Below are positions 56,635 through 64,000 of a DNA stretch of 64,000 bases, in pieces. The translations under genes were made by a program, and so were the position numbers. Under the pieces are notes generated by a model. The model saw only the letters and a list, made by a program, of their open reading frames with translations. It was not told the DNA's origin and ran no database searches. This DNA is from Thermoproteota archaeon (GTDB lineage Archaea; Thermoproteota; Nitrososphaeria_A; Caldarchaeales; Calditenuaceae), in contig JAUQPZ010000002.1 in the NCBI GenBank assembly GCA_030550155.1, positions 769-64,768 on the forward strand, read 5' to 3'. Numbering within the stretch: position 1 is the first letter of the stretch; each line of letters starts with the position of its first letter.

Positions 56635-57546
56635 GTGGCAAGAATCGGATTCATCGGTTTAGGGCTTATGGGGAGGCCTATGGCCAAGAGGCTGCTGGAT
56701 GCTGGACACATGCTCAAGGTCTACAACAGAAGCAGGGCCCCTGTCGAGGAGCTTGTGAAGCAAGGGGCCAGGGCTGCCTCATCACCGAAAGATGCTGCTG
56801 AGGGATCTGAGTATACGATACTCATGCTCCCCGACTCTGGAGACGTGTGGAACGTTGCGCTCGGCGAAGAAGGCGTGGTGAAGGGTGCTGCGCCGGGCTC
56901 GATAGTCATCGACATGTCAACGATCTCGCCTCTAACGGAGAGGAGAATAGCGGAGGAGTTGGCGAAGAGAGGAGTCAAATACCTCGACGCCCCGGTCACC
57001 GGTGGGACGATAGGCGCGGAAAAGGGAACATTAGTCATAATGGTCGGTGGCGACTACGAGGCCTTCAACGCCGCTTACGATGTATTACGTGTCCTCGGTC
57101 AAAAAGTGGTCTATATGGGGGCTAGCGGCTCAGGCCAGCTCACAAAGCTGAGCAACCAGATCTCCGTGGCTCTCTCACTACTTGGTTCTTGTGAGGCGTT
57201 ACTGTTTGCATCTAAGGCCGGGCTTGACCTTGGGAAAGTAATAGAGGTCATAGCCTCGGGGGCCGGGTCGTCTTGGCAACTCGCCAACCTCGGACCTAAA
57301 ATCGTGGAGAGAGACTTTAGACCAGGATTCAAAGCAGAGCACCTATCGAAAGACCTCCGCATCACACTCGAGGTTGCGCAGGAGCTCTCCCTTCCACTAC
57401 CTGGTACAGCCCTGCTACATCAGCTCTTCAAAGCAGTAGTTGCCCGCGGCGATGGTGTCCTCGGGACACAGGTCCTCTCCAAGATACTGGAAGACCTTGC
57501 GAGACACGATCTCTCAAAAACTCTGTCAGGCGCCGAGAAATCTTAG
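56635..57546 (+). CDS. NAD(P)-dependent 3-hydroxyisobutyrate/2-hydroxy-3-oxopropionate dehydrogenase-family oxidoreductase
   Basis: N-terminal motif IGFIGLGLMGRPMAKRL and a 6PGDH-like C-terminal domain. GTG start. Confidence 0.8.
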   Translation: MARIGFIGLGLMGRPMAKRLLDAGHMLKVYNRSRAPVEELVKQGARAASSPKDAAEGSEYTILMLPDSGDVWNVALGEEGVVKGAAPGSIVIDMSTISPLTERRIAEELAKRGVKYLDAPVTGGTIGAEKGTLVIMVGGDYEAFNAAYDVLRVLGQKVVYMGASGSGQLTKLSNQISVALSLLGSCEALLFASKAGLDLGKVIEVIASGAGSSWQLANLGPKIVERDFRPGFKAEHLSKDLRITLEVAQELSLPLPGTALLHQLFKAVVARGDGVLGTQVLSKILEDLARHDLSKTLSGAEKS

Positions 57547-58251
57547 GTAATTCTCATAGACAATCCTGACGACCTCCTCGGGCCTCAGGTTCTTGGACTC
57601 CGCGATAACCTCGATCAAAGATGGGAGATTGCGGGGGCTCAGGCTTAATCCTCTATAATTGTATGGGCCGTCGCTCTCTGTCAAGAGGATCTCGGAGTCA
57701 GCGCTCCTCAGGACCTGCATGTGTCTGGGCTGAATTCTGACGGCGGGATTGATCGAGATGAAGTAGTCTGAGTCTTTAATCTCTCTTAGGAGCTCGACTG
57801 GGCCAGTGTACCAGTGAAAGAGCACTGCCCTTACTCCCAGTCTCTTGCTTGTCTTTATGACTGAGTCCCATCCGCCTAGTGCGTGGACGTTCAGGGGGAG
57901 GTTGAACTCTACGGCAACCCTGCACATCTCCTCAAATATCTCAAGCTGCTCCTTCAGCGGTGCCCTCGCGAAACGGACATCCACCCCCACCTCTCCTAAC
58001 CCCACAGGGTGTCTATCCGCGATAAGCTCCCTAATCTCCTTCAGCCTCACCGGCCCCTGTCTGAGGTTCCACGGGTGCACCCCTACAAATGGGTCTATGT
58101 TTTTGAACTTGTCAGCGAGTATGAGAGTCTTTTCAGAAGACTCGAAATCCATTGCGACGCCCGCTATCCTAATTTTCCCGAAACTCTTGATCTCTTCGGG
58201 CTCGTACTCTGCTATGTGGCAGTGGGCGTCGATAAGCGTGATGTCGCTCAT
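57526..58251 (-). CDS. tatD: TatD-family metal-dependent hydrolase (DNase)
   Basis: 241 aa with the N-terminal IDAHCH motif and a TIM-barrel amidohydrolase pattern. Confidence 0.8.
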   Translation of the reverse strand: MSDITLIDAHCHIAEYEPEEIKSFGKIRIAGVAMDFESSEKTLILADKFKNIDPFVGVHPWNLRQGPVRLKEIRELIADRHPVGLGEVGVDVRFARAPLKEQLEIFEEMCRVAVEFNLPLNVHALGGWDSVIKTSKRLGVRAVLFHWYTGPVELLREIKDSDYFISINPAVRIQPRHMQVLRSADSEILLTESDGPYNYRGLSLSPRNLPSLIEVIAESKNLRPEEVVRIVYENYLRFLGA

Positions 58252-59873
58252 CGCGCCTTGACCCCTATCTCCTTAATTTTAACCTCGCGGAGACAGGCGG
58301 AGATGAGGCCCCTGAAGACTGGCTCAGGTTTGCCTGGCCTCGATTTAAACTCAGGATGATACTGAGTCGCGATAAAGTATCTCCTGTTCGGCAGCTCGAT
58401 TATCTCTACGCGTCTTAAGTCTGGTGAGAGGCCCGAGAAGACCAGTCCTCCACCCTTTAAAGAGTCGTGATAGTTTGGATTGACCTCGAACCTGTGTCTA
58501 TGTCTCTGATATATCTGTTCTGATTGGTAGAGCCGGTAAGCCAGAGTATTTTGTTGTATTATGACGGGGAGGGAGCCGAGGCGCATAGTTCCGCCCTTCT
58601 CCTCAACTCCCACCTGCTCGGGCATGAGGTCTATCACCGGGTGAGGTGTCTCGGGGTCGTGCTCAGTCGAGTTGGCATTCTCAAGCCCCAAGACGTTTCG
58701 GGCGAACTCGACAACCGCCATCTGAAGCCCGAAGCAGAGCCCCAAGAATGGTTTGTCCTGAGTCCTCGCATAGTTTATAGCCATGATCTTCCCTTCCGCC
58801 CCTCTTCTCCCAAATCCGCCGGGTACAAGAACACCATCAGCCTCCTTCAATTTCGAGTACTCGGACGCGTCCCCCTGCTCCAGCTTCTCGGTATCCACCC
58901 AAAAGATCTTCAACTGAGCTCCCTCGAAGGCCGCAGCGTGTTTCAGGGCCTCCTTGATGCTGATGTATGAGTCGGTCAGGGCGGTGTATTTTCCACAGAC
59001 CGCGACCTTGACCAGCGGGCCACTGGTCTTAAAAGTCCTGACTATCTCGCCCCACTCCGCTAGGCCCATTCCATCATTTCTTAGGCGGAGATGTTTGGCT
59101 ATGTAGTCTCCGAGCCCTTGGCCCTCCAAGATTAGGGGGACCTCGTAGATCACGTCCGTGTCATAGGAGCAGAAGACTGCTTCTTTGGGGAGCGTTCCGA
59201 AGAGAGCTATCTTCCGTCTCGTGGGCTCGTCGATAATCCTCTCGCTCCGTGCTACGATTATGTCGGGCTGGATTCCGGTTCTCCTCAGCTCGTTGACGCT
59301 GTGCTGGAGAGCCTTGGTCTTAAACTCGCCCGTCGCCTTGAGATATATGACGAGAGAGACGTGGACAAAGAGCGTCTCTTCCTCGAGCTTCATCTGCCTC
59401 GCCGCCTCGTAGAAGGGCTGCCCCTCGATGTCCCCCACCGTACCTCCTATCTCGACGATAACTATGTCGGCCTTCCTCCTCTCGGCCACCACCCTTATTC
59501 TACGCTTAATCTCATCGGTCACATGTGTAACGATCTGGACACATTGGCCAAGATACTCCCCAGCCCTCTCCCTTCTAATCACCTCCTGGAAAACCTGACC
59601 CGTAGTTAAGTTGTTGAGCTTGCTCATCGGAATATCCATGAACCTCTCATACCAGCCGAGGTCGAGGTCAGTCTCTCCTCCGTCATCCGTTACGAAGACT
59701 TCGCCGTGGCTATAGGGGTTCAGAGTCCCGGCGTCCACGTTTACGTAAGGGTCGATCTTCAGAAAATCCACACTATAGCCCCTTGACTGAAGAATCTTCC
59801 CGATGGATGCTGCGACTGTCCCCTTCCCTACGGAGGAGACGACGCCACCAGTTACGAAAATGTATTTCGGCAC
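58248..59873 (-). CDS. pyrG: CTP synthase
   Basis: An N-terminal synthetase domain (YIFVTGGVVSSVGKG) and a C-terminal glutamine amidotransferase domain (GLCFGLQ, catalytic Cys-His). The ORF track extends to 59984, but a GTG at 59873 gives the canonical start MPKYIFVTGGV. Confidence 0.9.
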   Translation of the reverse strand: MPKYIFVTGGVVSSVGKGTVAASIGKILQSRGYSVDFLKIDPYVNVDAGTLNPYSHGEVFVTDDGGETDLDLGWYERFMDIPMSKLNNLTTGQVFQEVIRRERAGEYLGQCVQIVTHVTDEIKRRIRVVAERRKADIVIVEIGGTVGDIEGQPFYEAARQMKLEEETLFVHVSLVIYLKATGEFKTKALQHSVNELRRTGIQPDIIVARSERIIDEPTRRKIALFGTLPKEAVFCSYDTDVIYEVPLILEGQGLGDYIAKHLRLRNDGMGLAEWGEIVRTFKTSGPLVKVAVCGKYTALTDSYISIKEALKHAAAFEGAQLKIFWVDTEKLEQGDASEYSKLKEADGVLVPGGFGRRGAEGKIMAINYARTQDKPFLGLCFGLQMAVVEFARNVLGLENANSTEHDPETPHPVIDLMPEQVGVEEKGGTMRLGSLPVIIQQNTLAYRLYQSEQIYQRHRHRFEVNPNYHDSLKGGGLVFSGLSPDLRRVEIIELPNRRYFIATQYHPEFKSRPGKPEPVFRGLISACLREVKIKEIGVKAR

Positions 59874-59952
59874 ATCAAAAATAGATTGGGCGAGTATTAT
59901 AGTCTTTCTCCAACCTCTGCGAGAAGCATAATCCCTGAGTGAAGCCGCGCTA

Positions 59953-60273
59953 CTATTCCTCGATATAGATGTCTTCACCTTCAACGACTACTCGATAAGT
60001 CTTCAAGGCGGAGATGGTCTCGGGGGGCTCACCGTCAGGCCCCTCAACCACGGCTCCATCTGAGAGTTTGAATTTAGCTCCGTGGAGAGGGCAGGTAACG
60101 ATCTCCCCACTCATTATTCCGAGGCTCAAGTCCCCCTCCTCGTGAGTACACTTCACATCAGTCACATATACCCGTCCCCCAACTTTAGCCACGAGAAGCT
60201 CCTTTTTCCTAACGTCCACCCTAATCATCCCTCCCTCTGGAATCTCCCTGAGCCCGCAAACCCTCACGCGCAC
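59953..60273 (-). CDS. Rieske [2Fe-2S] domain protein (ferredoxin-type)
   Basis: 106 aa with CTHEEGDLS (CxH) and CPLHGAKF (CxxH) Rieske ligand boxes. Confidence 0.75.
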   Translation of the reverse strand: MRVRVCGLREIPEGGMIRVDVRKKELLVAKVGGRVYVTDVKCTHEEGDLSLGIMSGEIVTCPLHGAKFKLSDGAVVEGPDGEPPETISALKTYRVVVEGEDIYIEE

Positions 60274-60330
60274 AAAAAACGGCCTGCATAGGCTATACTA
60301 AAACCTATAACCTCGACCTGGAACCTCCCG

Positions 60331-60882
60331 CTAAAGTGGAGGCGGGAGAAAGTCGAGCTCCGGCCTCTTCTCTTCCTCCTCCTTTAGCTGCACGACGAGC
60401 TCGTGCGCCCTTTTCAGGATTGAGTAGTTTCTATGGGGGAGAACTGCTATGATCCGGTCGATATCTCTGGCAGAGGTCTTCAGAGCCACCGCTTTACAGG
60501 GGAGCTGGCTTCCAGCCAAGTCGGCGTTTCGAGCCTTTAAGATGTAGCTGAAGACTCCGCCCACGCTCTTCTTTCCCTCAACAATCAAGTTACCCTCAGG
60601 TGTCTCACGAATCGTCTCAATGAAGAGCTCAATCTTGCCGGCGTCGGGGAGTGTTGAGGATGGCTTAACCTCGTAGGCAGCGGTTATGGTTCTCCCATGC
60701 TGACCGGGGAGCCTCTCAAGCTTGCAGGAGATTTTGGAGCCTATCTCGAGCCAGTCAGGAGGGTCGTGAAGAACGGCGTCAATTACCTCGCCTAAGAGGG
60801 TGGAGATAGAGATCTCTATAATGAGCGCCTTTCCTGCGCGCCTCGGCCTAATTCCTGAGATGTAGCCGTGGACCTCCTCCAT
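60331..60882 (-). CDS. Hypothetical protein
   Basis: 183-aa ORF with coding-like composition and an acidic C-terminus; no recognisable motif. Confidence 0.4.
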   Translation of the reverse strand: MEEVHGYISGIRPRRAGKALIIEISISTLLGEVIDAVLHDPPDWLEIGSKISCKLERLPGQHGRTITAAYEVKPSSTLPDAGKIELFIETIRETPEGNLIVEGKKSVGGVFSYILKARNADLAGSQLPCKAVALKTSARDIDRIIAVLPHRNYSILKRAHELVVQLKEEEEKRPELDFLPPPL

Positions 60883-60975
60883 GGATTATACCTGAATATA
60901 CGGGGCTCTGAAGAGTTTAATAAGTTATCAGGGAACAGTTTTTGGAGATTGCCTCGATACTCATCGCGTATCAAC

Positions 60976-62985
60976 TTGAATAGGCTGGCTGATGCCAAGA
61001 GCCCCTATCTCAGGTCTCACGCAGACGACCCGGTAGACTGGTATGCCTGGGGGGAGGAGGCTTTCAAGAAGGCTAGAGAAGAGGATAAGCCCATACTGCT
61101 CAGTGTGGGATACTCCTCTTGCCACTGGTGCCATGTAATGCAGAGAGAGTCCTTCAAGAACCCTGCGATAGCTGACATAATAAACAATAATTTCGTCCCG
61201 GTGAAGGTGGACAGGGAGGAGAGACCTGATGTCGACTCAATCTACATGAGGGCTGTTATTTTGATGACAGGGCAGGGTGGCTGGCCGCTCACGGTCTTCC
61301 TTACACCAGACCTAAAACCCTTCTTCGGGGGCACATACTTTCCGCCAGAGCCGAGGCACGGCCTCCCCAGCTTCAAGCAGGTCCTACTCGCGGTGAGGGA
61401 TGCTTGGGCGAGGCGGAGGGAAGAGGTCCTCAATAGTGGCAGTACCCTTTTTGAAATGGTGGCTGGCTCACTCAGCATCGGCGGCGGGGCTGAGGCCGAG
61501 ATTGATAGGGATGTGATGAGTGCGGCTTATGAGCAGCTGGTCCTTCTCTTTGACGAGGAGTTTGGGGGTCTGAAGGGAGCCCCTAAGTTCCCTATGCCTG
61601 TAAACTATCTTTTCCTTCTCAGATACTGGAGACTGAGCCGCGAGGGCTGGGCGCTCCGGATGGTAGAGAAGACCTTGAAGGCCATGTTTCTCGGAGGAGT
61701 ATACGACCACGCTGGGGGAGGATTTCACAGATACTCGGTCGATAAGGCCTGGTTCATTCCTCATTTCGAGAAGATGCTCTACGACAATGCCCTCCTAATC
61801 AAGCTATACGCAGAGGCATGGGTCGCCTCCAGAAATCCTCTCTTCAAGTTTGTCGCGAAAGACACCTCCAACTGGCTCCTATCCGAGCTCGCATCTCCCC
61901 GAGGAGGGTTCTATTCTTCGCTTGACGCTGAGAGCGGCGGTGTCGAGGGAGGATACTATCTCTACAGCTGGAGAGAGGTCGTGGACGCCTTAGGCGAGGA
62001 GACGGCGAGGATGCTTGGCTGCACAGAGAGCGGTAACCTTGGAGATGGCTTGAACCTGGTCAGGCTTCCGGAGGAGCTGGAGAGGATCTCGAGACACTTG
62101 GGTATGAATATCGAGGAGGCCCTTAAACACATTAAAAATAGGCTCCTCCAAGCAAGGGAGAAAAAGGAGAGGCCTGCTGTCGACGAAAAGATAATAGTCT
62201 CGTGGAACGGGCTCGCCATCAGCTCCCTCTCATACGCGGGGGCCGTCTTCTCGGAGCGCTCCTTTGTGGAGGCAGCAACTCAGGCCGCCGACTTCATTCT
62301 AGACAACCTGTACTCGGGAGGTGTGTTGAGGAGGTATTGGCTGGACGCGCCTTCTGAGGCTGGAGGTCTTCTCGAGGACTACGCCCTTCTCGGATGCGGC
62401 CTCTTAGATCTTTACCAGTGGACGGGCGCGCCGAGGTATCTTGAAGCGGCTGCCAGCCTCGCAGGAGATATTCTTGAGAAGTTCCAGTCGAGTGAGGGTG
62501 GATTCTACGATGCTCCTCCTGAGCATGACACGCCCATCAGGCCATTTACGGTCGAGGACCACGCATATCCGAGCGGATACTCGGCCACGATACTGCTCCT
62601 ATCTCAGCTATACCTCTTGACGGGTGAGACTCCGTATGAGAACGCGGCAAGGAAGGCGCTCAAGAGAATTTGGGGAAGAATCGTTGATGACCCCTTAGGC
62701 CGTCTCGCCGCGGTCTCCGCTGTGCCCTATCTTTTGGGCTCTGGTGCGCAGCTGGTTGTTACCGCTGAGGGGGAGTTTTGGCGCGAGATAGGCGGATTCG
62801 TCTCTAGGTTCTATGAGCCATATATGGTTGTCTCGGGGGGTAAGTCGGAGCTGGTCAGCGGCCTCTGGGAGGGGAAGAGTGCAGTTGAGGGGAAGCCTAC
62901 TTACTACCTATGTAAGGGGTTCAAGTGTTTACTTCCTACAACAAGTCTTGACGAGCTGGAGAAAATGCTGAGCAACACATCTTAG
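60976..62985 (+). CDS. Thioredoxin-domain protein, DUF255/YyaL family (thioredoxin-like N-domain plus six-hairpin (alpha/alpha)6 C-domain)
   Basis: Conserved N-terminus [24 protein letters not shown]…[11 protein letters not shown]. Starting at TTG 60976 gives the family-typical MNRLA start and removes the overlap with the upstream minus-strand ORF; the track ORF begins at 60868. Confidence 0.8.
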   Translation: MNRLADAKSPYLRSHADDPVDWYAWGEEAFKKAREEDKPILLSVGYSSCHWCHVMQRESFKNPAIADIINNNFVPVKVDREERPDVDSIYMRAVILMTGQGGWPLTVFLTPDLKPFFGGTYFPPEPRHGLPSFKQVLLAVRDAWARRREEVLNSGSTLFEMVAGSLSIGGGAEAEIDRDVMSAAYEQLVLLFDEEFGGLKGAPKFPMPVNYLFLLRYWRLSREGWALRMVEKTLKAMFLGGVYDHAGGGFHRYSVDKAWFIPHFEKMLYDNALLIKLYAEAWVASRNPLFKFVAKDTSNWLLSELASPRGGFYSSLDAESGGVEGGYYLYSWREVVDALGEETARMLGCTESGNLGDGLNLVRLPEELERISRHLGMNIEEALKHIKNRLLQAREKKERPAVDEKIIVSWNGLAISSLSYAGAVFSERSFVEAATQAADFILDNLYSGGVLRRYWLDAPSEAGGLLEDYALLGCGLLDLYQWTGAPRYLEAAASLAGDILEKFQSSEGGFYDAPPEHDTPIRPFTVEDHAYPSGYSATILLLSQLYLLTGETPYENAARKALKRIWGRIVDDPLGRLAAVSAVPYLLGSGAQLVVTAEGEFWREIGGFVSRFYEPYMVVSGGKSELVSGLWEGKSAVEGKPTYYLCKGFKCLLPTTSLDELEKMLSNTS

Positions 62986-63848
62986 TCGACGACTCTGTCA
63001 AACCTCTTCATGACATATGGCATCATCTCGATGACGTCTGTAGGCAGTATGTGAAGCCCGAGCTTCTGCTCAGCCATCTCCCCGCAGAGGCCGTTGATGT
63101 ATGCGGCCGCCGCGGCGGACTCAAGCGCTCCGACCTTCTTAGCCCTTAGACCTGCTGTGAGGCCTGTGAGGACATCCCCCGTCCCCCCGACCGTCATCGC
63201 GGAAGACCCAGTCCTGTTTACCAAGACTCTCTCGCCGTTAGAGATTATGTCGAGCTGGCCCTTCAGGAGGATGGTTACCCTGTGTTCTCCGGCCTCGGAG
63301 CGAGCGGCCTCACACCTCTCCTCCAACCCTCCCTTAACAGGCCTGTTGAAGACCCTCGCGAATTCTCCGGCATGCGGAGTCAAGACCACGTCCTCGCCGC
63401 TCACAGCCTCGAGTATGTAGGGCTGGAGCGCAGACGCGTCTAAGACCAGTTTGACACCCTTATCGATCAGGCCCTCTATCAGCTTTATCAGCGCCGACTC
63501 CTTCGAGACAGAGAGGCCGGGTCCTATGGCCGCTGCATCGACCTGTGGCGTGTTTTGAATTATCTGTTCAGAGACGCGGGGGGTCAGCTTAACCTCAGAG
63601 AGGGGGTAAACTATGAGCGAGGGTGAGAGGGCTCTGATCGGGGAGGCAATTTTCTCGGGGACAAACAGGTAGACCAAGTCCACACCAGACCTCATAGCCG
63701 CCATCGCCGAGAGATAAGGTGCCCCATGATAGAGACGGCTCCCCCCGACGACCATCACCACCCCGTTCTCGCCCTTTCTCGACCCTGCCCTTCTCGGAGG
63801 AATAACAGAAGCCACCCACTCTTCACTCACGACCTCAGCCCCAGACAT
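62982..63848 (-). CDS. nnr: ADP/ATP-dependent NAD(P)H-hydrate dehydratase (YjeF C-terminal / Nnr2 carbohydrate-kinase-like domain)
   Basis: YjeF-C pattern ([30 protein letters not shown]…, GGTGDVLTG). The ATG at 63848 gives a 289-aa protein of typical length; the ORF track runs to 63980. Confidence 0.8.
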   Translation of the reverse strand: MSGAEVVSEEWVASVIPPRRAGSRKGENGVVMVVGGSRLYHGAPYLSAMAAMRSGVDLVYLFVPEKIASPIRALSPSLIVYPLSEVKLTPRVSEQIIQNTPQVDAAAIGPGLSVSKESALIKLIEGLIDKGVKLVLDASALQPYILEAVSGEDVVLTPHAGEFARVFNRPVKGGLEERCEAARSEAGEHRVTILLKGQLDIISNGERVLVNRTGSSAMTVGGTGDVLTGLTAGLRAKKVGALESAAAAAYINGLCGEMAEQKLGLHILPTDVIEMMPYVMKRFDRVVD

Positions 63849-63892
63849 CTCTGCATAATTCTCTCCGAGAATAGATAACCGTGTCCCCGCCA

Positions 63893-63917
63893 GCTCGGTA
63901 TCGTTTAAATACCGAGC
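63893..63917. promoter_or_regulatory. Perfect 9-bp inverted repeat GCTCGGTAT-cgtttaa-ATACCGAGC enclosing a TTTAAATA box upstream of nnr
   Basis: Read directly; centred about 57 nt upstream of the nnr ATG (63848). The TATA-like TTTAAATA spans the loop and 3' arm. Confidence 0.3.
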
Positions 63918-64000
63918 CCGCAAAATAAACGGCGAGAAGCGAGTATAGGTGGAATAAGTTGGCTGCACCCGCTGTTGCAACCAAGTATGTGATAGAGGCA

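Noticed and set aside
1-64000. CRISPR arrays, IS elements, integrases, toxin-antitoxin or phage-defence islands
   Set aside because: I found no direct-repeat arrays, no transposase-like or integrase-like ORFs and no terminal inverted repeats. The three tRNA-Ser genes are not flanked by attachment-site-like duplications. Gene content is housekeeping plus catabolic, consistent with core chromosome.

Overview
This is a GC-rich (about 57%) archaeal chromosomal window, dense in housekeeping genes, with genes packed tightly or overlapping on both strands. Several traits fit a Crenarchaeota/Thermoproteales-like organism: cbf5 interrupted by a short non-triplet intron, tRNA genes of 107-116 nt carrying introns (one at a non-canonical D-arm position), leaderless-style starts with frequent GTG/TTG initiation, archaeal-type PEP carboxylase, PolB and an A-type ATPase I subunit. 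No CRISPR array, IS element or integrase is visible, and I see no compelling novel system. The main contents, in order: (1) the hydrogenase-maturation genes hypE(partial)-hypC-hypD on the minus strand with hypF divergent; (2) tRNA-Ser(UGA) and archaeal-type PEP carboxylase; (3) the conserved archaeal cluster ftsY-pfdA-eif6-rpl31e-rpl39e-PDCD5-like-rps24e, with rpl39e missing from the ORF track; (4) pdxT followed by an oxidoreductase/LbH-transferase/DegT-aminotransferase triad that looks like amino-sugar (N-glycan precursor) biosynthesis, next to an isolated A/V-ATPase subunit I gene; (5) protein disulfide oxidoreductase, an NFACT (Rqc2-like) protein, a CBS-Zn-ribbon protein, a Mut7-C protein, AMMECR1 and a GT1 glycosyltransferase; (6) a NitT/TauT-type ABC transporter; (7) a cluster of three tRNAs; (8) cbf5 split by an in-frame-restoring 16-nt intron, then rpl14e-cmk-rpl34e(short)-DUF106-secY-rpl15-rpl30-rps5; (9) a large GT-C-like membrane protein and family B DNA polymerase; (10) a peptide/hydantoin catabolic island (hyuA, hyuB, M24 prolidase, oppABCDF, Asp/Glu/hydantoin racemase, FAD amino-acid oxidase); (11) cdc48, fen1, trm5, a GTPBP1-like GTPase, ogt, mmsB-like, tatD, pyrG, a Rieske protein, a DUF255 thioredoxin protein and nnr. 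The most notable observations are the cbf5 mini-intron, the intron-containing tRNAs (one with unresolved architecture), a hydantoinase gene whose conserved N-terminus lacks any canonical start codon, an N-terminally truncated L34e, and several strong palindromes in divergent promoters.
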